NCBI GenBank assembly: GCA_003696975.1
Contig: RFGT01000122.1
Coordinates: 1 to 55,721, forward strand
Direction: 5' to 3'
Source of the DNA: Nitrospirota bacterium
Lineage (GTDB): Bacteria; Nitrospirota; Nitrospiria; Nitrospirales; UBA8639
DNA: 55,721 nt
This document shows positions 1 through 8,320 of this stretch, one piece after another; within the stretch, counting starts at the first letter, position 1, and each line of letters begins with the position of its first letter. The notes beneath the pieces are model-generated. The model did not search any database and had not been told where the DNA came from. It was given only the letters and a program-made list of their open reading frames with translations. Position numbers and translations under genes: made by a program.

Positions 1-2
1 CT

Positions 3-1091
3 TCTACGCCTTCTCATGTTGAGCGAATAGATTCTTCCGGACATGAGGTCCAAGGCTTTCCTCCGGAATCCGATCTTCGCGCCCAACGGATCCAAGCCTT
101 CGAACATCGTCGCCGTCAACTGCTGGACGCGGAACGGCGGTATCAAGAAGTACTTTTGGAAAACAAAACTCTGATGCGGGAAGTGCTGTGTGGCTATGTC
201 CGCGGAATGCGACGGGCCGAGCAGCTCTTGATGGTCCTAGCCGATATTGTGTGTAACGATGGCGCTCTGGTGGCTTTAATGAACCTCATGGGAACCCAAG
301 ACATTGGTGACGAATTCTTTTACCATTCCTTGAATACCGCCATCCTCAGTATGGTGGTCGCTCGAGCGCTGGAGTTCTCCCAAGATGATGTCCATACTGT
401 GGGGATGGGCGCATTGTTCCACGACATCGGGGAGACCACGGACACCGGAGAAATTTTGTACAAGGGCGGCAATTTATCTCGCAAGCAACGGGAAGCTCTC
501 AGGCGCCATCCTCAGGTGGGCAAACGGATGGTAGAAAAAGGCTTTAACTTTCCCCAACCTGGACTCGACATCATCCTTCAGCATCATGAACGCCTCAATG
601 GCTGTGGCTATCCCTACGGCCTAACTGATGAACAGATCCATCTCTTTACGAAAGTGGTGATGGTTGCCGATACTTATGATGATCTGTGTAATAACCCGGT
701 GCTGGAGAAAAGCCTGACCCCCTATGAAGCTATGTGTGCCCTCTATGCCCGACGGCGTTCGGAGTTTTGGGAAGAGGCCGTGGTGGCAATGATTGGGAGT
801 TTGGGTGTCTATCCTCCAAGTTCGGTTGTCGAACTCAGCAATGGCGCAATCGGAGTGGTCTGCACGATTAACCCGGAAAACCGGCTCCGACCCCTCGTCC
901 TCCTCTATGAACCACACACTCCTCGGCAGGAAGCTCTTATTCTCAACCTGATGGAAGAACCCACCTTGCACATCAAGCGGGGACTCCGGCCAAGTCAACT
1001 GCCCCGTGACGTCTGGGACTATCTCAACCCGCGGAACATGATCCGCTACTTTGCCTATACTCCGACAGAGCCTCAGACTCCTGCCATTTAA
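3..1091 (+). CDS. HD-GYP domain protein (predicted cyclic-di-GMP phosphodiesterase), N-terminus probably outside window
   Basis: The HD-GYP signature is intact: HDIGE ... HHERLNGCGYPYGL. The ORF track starts at TTG 156, but the same frame stays open back to nt 3 and reads like protein (EHRRRQLLDAERRYQEVLLENK). The gene is therefore probably 5'-truncated by the window edge. Confidence 0.75.
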   Translation, partial: STPSHVERIDSSGHEVQGFPPESDLRAQRIQAFEHRRRQLLDAERRYQEVLLENKTLMREVLCGYVRGMRRAEQLLMVLADIVCNDGALVALMNLMGTQDIGDEFFYHSLNTAILSMVVARALEFSQDDVHTVGMGALFHDIGETTDTGEILYKGGNLSRKQREALRRHPQVGKRMVEKGFNFPQPGLDIILQHHERLNGCGYPYGLTDEQIHLFTKVVMVADTYDDLCNNPVLEKSLTPYEAMCALYARRRSEFWEEAVVAMIGSLGVYPPSSVVELSNGAIGVVCTINPENRLRPLVLLYEPHTPRQEALILNLMEEPTLHIKRGLRPSQLPRDVWDYLNPRNMIRYFAYTPTEPQTPAI

Positions 1092-1470
1092 GTTTTCTGG
1101 CTCTTCTGGATCTGGTGTGGGGAAAAGGGGTGCTGAGTGGTGGCCTGCGCGCGATCAACAGGTTCCCCCGGAGGGAGAGGGCATGCGGTGTGAGACTGTG
1201 TGAGGCGCGTGCCTACCCACACGCTTTCCCACTGAGCCAGTTTTCTTAAGCCACGTTCTTCTGCGAAAATTTTTAAGTTTTTCCCCTCGAGGTCCGATAC
1301 ACCGTGAGACAACACGGCATCGGATACGCGGTTGCCTTTCCGTTATGCCATTTGTAAACGGTGGGTTTGTCCCAGAGAGACATTAGCGCCGCCACTCCGA
1401 CGACCAAGGGGATCACTGCATAGATGCACGAAAACGCCATCAGAGGCACTTCTCCGGATGAGCAGCACGC

Positions 1471-1968
1471 ATGCCCTTCCCTTCGATTCTCGTTGCCAAT
1501 GACAATACCGACGAATGTTTGTTGACCCTGGAAGCGTGGGAAGAACAGGGGATTGGAGATTGCCTCCAGTTCGCCAAAACTTTTGCAGATCTTTACAATC
1601 TGCTGACCCCACGTGGGCACTGGCCTGTCTCGTTCTCCCGCTCCTCACGACCATGGACCATCCTCCTTGATGCCAGAATTTTACCGGACGGGGGCACACA
1701 CTCTCTGGCCATCCTTCACGCTGCCTTACACGCCAACGACGTCTGTTATGTCCTCCTTGATCCCTCCTCCCCACGAGTGTCCGACCCTGACCGCGTTGTT
1801 GCATCGAGGCCCTTTATCTTGATTCCCAAACCCGGTGATCCCTCCGCCTATCTGCAGTTAATGAAAGAGTTGTGCCATGCCTACATGAAGGCGCATGCGC
1901 TGACGGGAAATGACCTCTTCAAGATTTTTCCCTGTTGCTCCGAACAGAGGGATAATCCTCACACATAA
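1471..1968 (+). CDS. stand-alone receiver (REC)-like domain protein, possibly a pseudo-receiver
   Basis: It shows a CheY-like beta/alpha pattern: ILVANDNTDE ... ILLDARILPDGG ... VCYVLLDPSS. This is weak by-eye similarity only. The competing antisense ORFs (1273-1804) show no recognisable features. Confidence 0.45.
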   Translation: MPFPSILVANDNTDECLLTLEAWEEQGIGDCLQFAKTFADLYNLLTPRGHWPVSFSRSSRPWTILLDARILPDGGTHSLAILHAALHANDVCYVLLDPSSPRVSDPDRVVASRPFILIPKPGDPSAYLQLMKELCHAYMKAHALTGNDLFKIFPCCSEQRDNPHT

Positions 1969-2041
1969 CCAGGCTCAACCGCTCAGGTACCTCCTGTCTT
2001 CCCAGCGGCAGGTGTATTGGAACGAACGGAGCATTAATTTG

Positions 2042-3403
2042 ATGGAGGAGAGTCCAACAGATGTTTCAAGACCCCTAGAGACGTTCATGCGAACCTCTGT
2101 TTCTTCCCCTACAGTCATACCGCGGAGCCGGCAGGCAGACTCTTCCCCACTCTGCCTCTGCCTTATTACCTGTGATCCTACGCTTTTGACTCTCCTGTAC
2201 CGTTCCCTTCCGAGCCGGAACTCGTTTGGTCCTATACGTCTGGAGACCCACACATCTCTTCTGCTTCCTCTCTCATCAGATCAGCCCATCGATCTTCTGC
2301 TTCTTGATGAAGCCAGCGTCACCGCCTGGGGACCTGAAGAATGGGACCAGCTTCGCGCTCGAACGAGGGACCTACCTCTGCTATTGCTGACAGACGAGCA
2401 TCATTCACACCCGATGCCCTGGCAAGATTATTCCATTCTCATATATGAGACGCTTCCTAAATCGCAACTTACTGCCTTCACCTTAGAGCAAGCATTGAAA
2501 TACTGCTTGACGCTCCATCGCATGCAGCAGACTTCCATCACTCCATCCAGCACAGGGGCTACGAGCGTGGATCCTAAACGGCTCGCCCAGCTCCAACACG
2601 AAAAGGAATTACTGGAGCACACACTGCAAGGCTCCATCGAAGCGATGAGCCAAGTCCTTTCTCTTATGAACCCTGACGCATTTGGCCGATCAGCGCGCAT
2701 CAAACGGTACGTGACCGCCATGGCCAAACATCTGGGGTTACCCGATATTTGGAAGTTGGAAATTGCTGCGCTTCTCTCTCAAATTGGGTGGGTCGCACTC
2801 CCCGCGGAGATTCTTTTTAAAGTATCCCGCGGAAGGCCGTTAACTCCCAAGGAAGAAACTTTGTATCGTCAGTACCCTCAGGTGGGAGCGTCTATCCTGC
2901 GGAAAATTCCTCGCATGGACGAAATCGCTGAAATTATCGCATACCAGGAGCATACCTGTGATCAAAGTCATCCCTCAGGAGGAGAAGCCTCTCCTGCTGA
3001 GGCTGTTCCACTAGGAGCTCGCCTCTTGAAGGTGGCTATTGATATGGATGCCCTCGAATCCACAGGCCATACCAAGCACCAAGCCTTGATGGAATTGGAA
3101 GCTCATGCCAGCCGCTATGACCCCCGAGCGCTCAAAGCCTTATGGGCGGTCTCTTCCACCGCTATGCGGTTTAAACACCTCATGGTTCCTCTACACGACT
3201 TGGCTCCACCCATGATCTTAGCTGAACCGATTCGCGCGAAATCCGGTGCGGTCATTGTTCCAAAAGGGCTCCCTGTTACCTTCACCCTGTTAACAAGACT
3301 TCATAACTTTGTGCTGTTTCAACAGATTCAAGAACCCCTCTCAGTCCTCGTTCCTGTGACCACACTCCAGGAAGAGCTCCAACTGGAAGGACCCTCATCC
3401 TAA
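2042..3403 (+). CDS. receiver-like domain fused to a degenerate HD-GYP-type domain
   Basis: The longest ORF starts at 1910 and overlaps the previous gene by 59 nt. An ATG at 2042 avoids that overlap. The N-terminal part is REC-like (PIDLLLLDEASV ... LPLLLLTDE). In the C-terminal HD-GYP-family domain the HD dyad is replaced (LLSQIGWVALP) and GYP is absent (YQEHTCDQSHPSGG). Confidence 0.7.
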   Translation: MEESPTDVSRPLETFMRTSVSSPTVIPRSRQADSSPLCLCLITCDPTLLTLLYRSLPSRNSFGPIRLETHTSLLLPLSSDQPIDLLLLDEASVTAWGPEEWDQLRARTRDLPLLLLTDEHHSHPMPWQDYSILIYETLPKSQLTAFTLEQALKYCLTLHRMQQTSITPSSTGATSVDPKRLAQLQHEKELLEHTLQGSIEAMSQVLSLMNPDAFGRSARIKRYVTAMAKHLGLPDIWKLEIAALLSQIGWVALPAEILFKVSRGRPLTPKEETLYRQYPQVGASILRKIPRMDEIAEIIAYQEHTCDQSHPSGGEASPAEAVPLGARLLKVAIDMDALESTGHTKHQALMELEAHASRYDPRALKALWAVSSTAMRFKHLMVPLHDLAPPMILAEPIRAKSGAVIVPKGLPVTFTLLTRLHNFVLFQQIQEPLSVLVPVTTLQEELQLEGPSS

Positions 3404-3507
3404 GGCGGCTTTCCTCTGGGCTCGATTGATGGCTTGAAGTGATTGAGAGAGACCTTGGAGAACAGAGGGTGATGGAACAGGATGACATATCTGGGCAGTA
3501 AGAAAGG

Positions 3508-3582
3508 TGGAGCCGGCGAGTGGGATCGAACCACCGACCTGCGGTTTACGAAACCGCTGCTCTGCCTCTGAGCTACGCCGGC
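3508..3582 (-). tRNA. tRNA-Thr (anticodon CGU)
   Basis: The reverse complement reads GCCGGCGTAGCTCAGAGGCAGAGCAGCGGTTTCGTAAACCGCAGGTCGGTGGTTCGATCCCACTCGCCGGCTCCA. It has a 7-bp acceptor stem GCCGGCG/CGCCGGC, a GGTTCGATCC T-arm, an anticodon stem GCGGT/ACCGC with loop TTCGTAA (anticodon CGT), and an encoded CCA. Confidence 0.9.
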
Positions 3583-4017
3583 CCGCGGAAAGGGAGAAAA
3601 AGTTGTTAACGGAGCACGGGTGAAGCGCAACGGCATCTTATTGTCTGCCAACAGGGATGTCAACTCATCCGTCAGATGTAAAAACTAGGATTTCAGTTGA
3701 CGGACAGTGTCAGGAGCTGACAGTGTCAAGGCGGCCCCTCAAGTCAGGCCCACAGTCGCGGGCGGGTATCCAGAATGTTTCGCATCGGCAGGACTCCCGC
3801 CTGACGGGAATGACGCCAAGACCTCTTCCTATTCTGGTTTCTCCTCGTCAAGACGCGTTCACACATCATTAGAACCATCTCGATCATAACGCGTGCCACT
3901 ACCTGAGAAAGAGGCGATTCAGTCACGATAGTCGGCCAACCTTTAAAAATTGTGAGACAGGTTCTCATTTCAGCAATGCGTTGACAGAAATTTAAGCCTT
4001 GGAGTACGGTCGGACGC

Positions 4018-4908
4018 ATGGGATCTCCGCTCTTTGGCTTGGACTCCAGGCGTCAAGTCAATTGGGTTGTTCTCGCGGATCTCATCCGTCTCTCGAACCA
4101 AACCGGCACGTGGCTTCTCATGTTCCCCTCGTTGTGGGCTCTTGTTCTGGCTTCTCGCGGCAAACCTTCCCCATTACTCTTGGCGATCTTTATGTTAGGA
4201 GCCTTTATTATGCGGAGTGCCGGTGTGGTGATGAACGATCTCGCAGACCGGCAAATCGATCGTCAGGTGACACGCACAAAAACCCGTCCCTTGGCTCGAG
4301 GAGCGCTGTCCTTGCGGCAGGCTGTCATTGTACTAAGCGGTCTCTTGGTTTGCGCCGCCGCTTTGGTGAGTCTGCTTGATCCCCTCGTCATCGCATTAAG
4401 CCCAATCGCCTTGGTCCTCGCCGCAATCTACCCTTTCACCAAGCGATTCTTCGCCTTCCCCCAGCTTTTTTTGGGATTGGCATTCGGGTGGGGAACACTT
4501 ATGGCCTGGGCGGCAGTACGCCACACGCTTGAACTCCCGGCTTGGTTGCTTTTTGCTGCCACGGTCTGCTGGGCATTCGCCTATGACACGATTTATGCTC
4601 TCCAAGACCAAGAAGATGATCGCCGAATCGGCGTCAAATCATCCGTCCTAACTCTTGGGCCTTGGGCTTGGATAGCCATTGCCGTCGCTGAGGCCATCAT
4701 GCTGATACTGTTAGCCACTGTGGGTTATAGCCTGGACCTTAACATAGGCCACTTTCTTGTTCTGAGCGGACTGGCGGGATTTCTCTGGTGGCAAATTTTC
4801 TCTCTGCGACAAGGGACCGTTACTTCTTCTCAGGCCTTTTCCCTGTTCCGCCAACATGTGTGGGTCGGAGGAGCCATCTTGGTCGGCCTATGGGTTGGCT
4901 CAGTGTAA
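4018..4908 (+). CDS. ubiA: 4-hydroxybenzoate polyprenyltransferase (UbiA family)
   Basis: Both UbiA signature blocks are present: NDLADRQIDRQVTRTKTRPLARG and YDTIYALQDQEDDRRIGVKSS. The protein is multi-pass hydrophobic. The motifs fit UbiA (ND..DR..D..V.RT..RPL..G) better than haem O synthase CtaB/CyoE. Confidence 0.85.
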   Translation: MGSPLFGLDSRRQVNWVVLADLIRLSNQTGTWLLMFPSLWALVLASRGKPSPLLLAIFMLGAFIMRSAGVVMNDLADRQIDRQVTRTKTRPLARGALSLRQAVIVLSGLLVCAAALVSLLDPLVIALSPIALVLAAIYPFTKRFFAFPQLFLGLAFGWGTLMAWAAVRHTLELPAWLLFAATVCWAFAYDTIYALQDQEDDRRIGVKSSVLTLGPWAWIAIAVAEAIMLILLATVGYSLDLNIGHFLVLSGLAGFLWWQIFSLRQGTVTSSQAFSLFRQHVWVGGAILVGLWVGSV

Positions 4909-4919
4909 AAGGTGCGTTC

Positions 4920-5960
4920 TTATTCTGGCGGAGGAATAGGGTGATCCGGTCTGGGAGCTCGGAGTGTGTCGAGGAACATTGTGAGGGCAATGGCATCGGA
5001 TTCACTGATCCCCAAGTTGGGCATCCTCGTGTGCTTCTTAATGCCTTGCGGATAGAGAATCCAGCGGTAAATCCAGGTCTTGTTTAAACGAAACCCTGCT
5101 CGATCCAAAACGGGCCCTACAACCCCTCCCTCTCCTCCAATGCTATGACATGCATGACATCCATACTTATTGAAATACAGATGCTTACCCTGCCGTGCAA
5201 GGGTCGCCCGTTCTTCCTCGGAAAACGATGAGAAATCAGGAGGAGAAATTTGAGTCCGTTTGGGGCGCTTGGTAAAATTTTCAAGCGCTTGCTTGGCAGC
5301 CTCTAACTTGGCTACAGCTCGTTCATAGGTTTCCTCTTCAGGCAAAACAACTTCTTCGTACTCTTCATCGTCGTCGAAATTTTCCTCGTCCGCTTCTTCA
5401 GCCCTGGCAGCCTCTTCTTCCTCCAGTTTGGCGAGAGCCGCTTCCATCGCCTGTTTGGCTTGATCGTGTTCCTGCTGTGCCGCAGCCAGTTCAGCCTCGA
5501 GTTGCTTGCGCCGACCTTCAACATCGTAGGTGAGCGACCCACCATGCAGTCTGCGTACATACCCGACGATTGACCACAGTTCTTTTTCCGACAAGGTATA
5601 CTTAAACGTGGGCATCGTCGCGACGGCAAAATAGTCTTCATCGTCTATGACTGCCGGGTCCGTGGTATCTCGCATGTCTCGGGAGATCGTGTTGAAAATC
5701 TCTTCATCGGAGAAGGTGGACATAGTCGACGATTCCGAAAGGTCCCGAGGGCGCGGGTCCGGCATATGTTCCCAATTGTAGCCTTCTCCTTGCCGTCCAT
5801 TTTCGCCATGGCAGTGCATGCAGTAATGTTCATAGAGCTTTCGGCCCCTTGCGGTCATTTCATCCTCAAACAGCACACACCCATTGATCCCCAGAAGCCC
5901 CACGACCAGAGCTCCCACCAGTCCGACCATAGCCCGCTTGAGACCGCTCCATTCCTTCAT
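4920..5960 (-). CDS. membrane-anchored dihaem c-type cytochrome with an acidic coiled-coil linker
   Basis: It has an N-terminal TM segment (AMVGLVGALVVGLLGI) and two CxxCH motifs (CMHCH, CHACH) in separate class-I-like domains. The domains are joined by a roughly 90-aa Ala/Glu-rich helix and acidic stretch (EEEEAARAEEADEENFDDDEEYEE). It is the last gene of the minus-strand operon. Confidence 0.85.
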   Translation of the reverse strand: MKEWSGLKRAMVGLVGALVVGLLGINGCVLFEDEMTARGRKLYEHYCMHCHGENGRQGEGYNWEHMPDPRPRDLSESSTMSTFSDEEIFNTISRDMRDTTDPAVIDDEDYFAVATMPTFKYTLSEKELWSIVGYVRRLHGGSLTYDVEGRRKQLEAELAAAQQEHDQAKQAMEAALAKLEEEEAARAEEADEENFDDDEEYEEVVLPEEETYERAVAKLEAAKQALENFTKRPKRTQISPPDFSSFSEEERATLARQGKHLYFNKYGCHACHSIGGEGGVVGPVLDRAGFRLNKTWIYRWILYPQGIKKHTRMPNLGISESDAIALTMFLDTLRAPRPDHPIPPPE

Positions 5961-5964
5961 GGCC

Positions 5965-6828
5965 TCAACCCCGCCGAAGTTTTCGAATCAAGAAAAATTC
6001 AAACGCTGCCGCAATGGCAATGCCTAACACGACATACCCATAAATGGAGTTGTCCGGTGGAGGCTCAGCCCGAATGTACCACCATGATGAGACGGCTTTC
6101 TGCGACCCTTTCTCTTTGACACTTCCATCAGGGAGAAGCTGGCCATCCCAAAAGGCAAAAGCCACGTTGGTCCATTTTCCCGGTATGATCTGGACGTCAT
6201 GTTCATCCGAGGTTTGCAAAGGTCGTGAAAATATCACGCGCCACGTACCATCCCTCCAAGCTCCCGTCGCGGAGACGTCTTGGTGTTTTTGGGCGTGAAG
6301 GGTTTTGAACCCCTTGGCATTCATATCCACCGCCGAACCTTGACTGTTTTTCCAATACCAAATATTGACCTCTCCGCCTTCGACCTGCAGCATTTCCTGA
6401 GCATGGGCAAAGTGAGACTTTTTATCCCCCACCATAAACTCCAACGCGGCTGCGTCAGCGTCATCTTCCGTGGGATCTTGATATTCCAGTAAGATGGCCA
6501 ATTCCTGACCATTGTGCAGGCCGCGTACCTTTACAGATTTGACCGTCACTTCTTGAATACGTTGAGGCCAATGCACTTGCGGGGCCAATTGAAACTCCGA
6601 TGCGGGAACGGTATCCCATGTAGGAGCAAATGGATCATCGGTAGGAAGCGGGCCATCGGATAAATACAACCGGACCGCAACACTTGCCTCTTTCTTCTCA
6701 GGGTCGGGATCACCCCCCCATGCGGGGAGACCGTGCCCCGCTACGATGGCTGCGGTTATCAAGATCCCCAGGAGTCGTCGGTGGACCATATATCCCTCAG
6801 TTTTCCTCATCGGTATCGCACTTCCCAC
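5965..6828 (-). CDS. EB_dh (ethylbenzene dehydrogenase gamma / NxrC-like) haem-b-binding domain protein with C-terminal TM anchor
   Basis: The body reads like the EB_dh family of type II DMSO-reductase gamma subunits (WDTVPASEF ... VKVRGLHNGQELAILLEYQD ... NIWYWKN ... GTWRVIFSRPL ... VAFAFWDG). It has a signal-like N-terminus (start may be the ATG at 6789, MVHRRLLGILITAAIVAG). A C-terminal hydrophobic helix follows (IYGYVVLGIAIAAAFEFFLI). Confidence 0.7.
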   Translation of the reverse strand: MGSAIPMRKTEGYMVHRRLLGILITAAIVAGHGLPAWGGDPDPEKKEASVAVRLYLSDGPLPTDDPFAPTWDTVPASEFQLAPQVHWPQRIQEVTVKSVKVRGLHNGQELAILLEYQDPTEDDADAAALEFMVGDKKSHFAHAQEMLQVEGGEVNIWYWKNSQGSAVDMNAKGFKTLHAQKHQDVSATGAWRDGTWRVIFSRPLQTSDEHDVQIIPGKWTNVAFAFWDGQLLPDGSVKEKGSQKAVSSWWYIRAEPPPDNSIYGYVVLGIAIAAAFEFFLIRKLRRG

Positions 6829-6833
6829 CCGCT

Positions 6834-7565
6834 TTATTCCTCTTCTTCCCAGGTTCGCGGAGATTGTCCAGCCCCGTCATATTCCCCCATGATGATTTTC
6901 CAAATCCATTCATCCGAGAGTTCGAATTCCCAACGAGGCATGGCAGACCTCCAAGGCATGGCTTCCACAGGGAGTCCGACACCACCCTTTTTGATTCGCC
7001 AGAAGAGATAGGATTCTTGGAGCTGCGCAATAGTTCCTGGATCCCTGAAGTTGGCCGGCGGAGGGTTAAACCCGACTGATGCAGGGCCTTTTCCATCAAA
7101 GTTTGCCCCGTGGCAGGGAGAACAAAAGGCGGCATAGAGCCCTTTTCCCACCGCGATGTTCTCCGGAGTCTTCGGGTAGGGATTGGATAATCCCACAAAC
7201 TCTCCCGGCGGCGCGGGATGAATAGTACGATTCTCCACAGGAGGCTGGTCACTCGGAACCAATCTCGTATAGGTCTGCCAACCCACGAGCAGAGGAAACA
7301 GAATGAGGACCAACATTCGAGCGGTTCTAGCCATTCCCACTTGGCCCTCTCCCGTCAAAAATCGCGTGATGGGCCCCATGAACGCATTGAGGGATTCGCC
7401 GCTTATGGTGTAAAAAATCAAAATCGCGCTTAACGTCAGTGCGAGATAAAGATAGATCAGACTCGCTGGGAGAGGCGCGGTAAACAAAGGCAGAACAAAC
7501 TTTAAAACGACATACATCCCCACCAATATTACCGCCGCTGTCGCGAGTGGTCCTTTCATTGGCAC
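6834..7565 (-). CDS. monohaem c-type cytochrome with three N-terminal TM helices
   Basis: Three hydrophobic segments are followed by a soluble domain with one CxxCH (CSPCH). The gene sits 5 nt upstream of the next gene. Confidence 0.8.
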   Translation of the reverse strand: MPMKGPLATAAVILVGMYVVLKFVLPLFTAPLPASLIYLYLALTLSAILIFYTISGESLNAFMGPITRFLTGEGQVGMARTARMLVLILFPLLVGWQTYTRLVPSDQPPVENRTIHPAPPGEFVGLSNPYPKTPENIAVGKGLYAAFCSPCHGANFDGKGPASVGFNPPPANFRDPGTIAQLQESYLFWRIKKGGVGLPVEAMPWRSAMPRWEFELSDEWIWKIIMGEYDGAGQSPRTWEEEE

Positions 7566-7637
7566 GCTCCTCTGTTCGCAAGCTTGAGTGACAATCTGAC
7601 AGCTCGTTTGCTACTTAGGTGCCCGTCGCTTGACTCC

Positions 7638-8243
7638 CTACCGGTCGTGAGAGACCACAGCCACTTGGACCTCATCTTCTTGTGTGCCCATCTTGAGAAC
7701 GTCTTCCACCTTAATACTAATAGGGGCTCCACTCATCTTTTGGAGAAACGCGATAACGGAATAAATCTCCTGTTTCGTGAGCCCAATTGGATCCTTGTTA
7801 ATGTATGGCATGCGGGCCGGATATTCCTTCGGGGGTCCATTGTGCCGGAAATCGAGATAAATATAGGCTTGAGGTTGAGTGAGACTTTCATAGATAAACT
7901 CGGGGGTCAACTTGGCACCAATCCCTTTCAAGTCAGGACATCGAGCGGACTCACTCGGGCCAATGGAATGGCAGAGGGCACACTGCCCCTTACTGAAAAA
8001 GATCTTCTGTCCAATAGCCGCCAAATCGTCCGGTGTTTTAACCTTGGTGATGTCAAACGTCTCAATGGCTGGAGGAAGCGAAGGCATCTGGGGAACTCCT
8101 AAGGCAATTAAGCTGAACGTCCCCAATACAATCACCACAAATCCCACGACTCGGACGAACATCGCACGGATGAACAACAGAATAGCGATTCCACATCCTA
8201 CGACAATCAAACCAATCAATTGGAGCAAGGCGACTTCGCTCAT
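7638..8243 (-). CDS. monohaem c-type cytochrome with two N-terminal TM helices
   Basis: Two hydrophobic segments (LLQLIGLIVVGCGIAILLFI, VVGFVVIVLGTFSLIALGV) are followed by CALCH. Confidence 0.8.
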   Translation of the reverse strand: MSEVALLQLIGLIVVGCGIAILLFIRAMFVRVVGFVVIVLGTFSLIALGVPQMPSLPPAIETFDITKVKTPDDLAAIGQKIFFSKGQCALCHSIGPSESARCPDLKGIGAKLTPEFIYESLTQPQAYIYLDFRHNGPPKEYPARMPYINKDPIGLTKQEIYSVIAFLQKMSGAPISIKVEDVLKMGTQEDEVQVAVVSHDR

Positions 8244-8320
8244 GTATTCAGATTTCCTCTCACGGTATATACTGCCTGTTTCGCAGGCTTATCGTATCTC
8301 CCACCAGTTTGTGCCTTAGG

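Noticed and set aside
1910-2041. The overlap of the 1471-1968 and 1910-3403 ORFs as a frameshifted pseudogene of one larger signalling protein.
   Set aside because: An ATG at 2042 gives an independent gene with its own receiver-like domain. Nothing in the overlap reads as a domain interrupted by a frameshift.
3981-4010. A sigma-70-like TTGACA-N18-TACGGT ending 8 nt before the ubiA ATG, implying a leaderless mRNA.
   Set aside because: The -10 match is poor. A GGAG at 4001-4004 could instead be a ribosome-binding site for a transcript starting further upstream. This cannot be supported without transcription start data.
3508-4017. tRNA-Thr plus a long spacer as an integration hot spot or island boundary, or as a hidden ncRNA (tmRNA, RNase P, 6S).
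   Set aside because: There is no integrase and no direct repeat of the tRNA 3' end. I could see no tRNA-like 3' domain or other hallmark of the large housekeeping RNAs. The short ORFs here (3657-3872, 3707-3889, 3744-4019, 3999-4379) have unconvincing composition.
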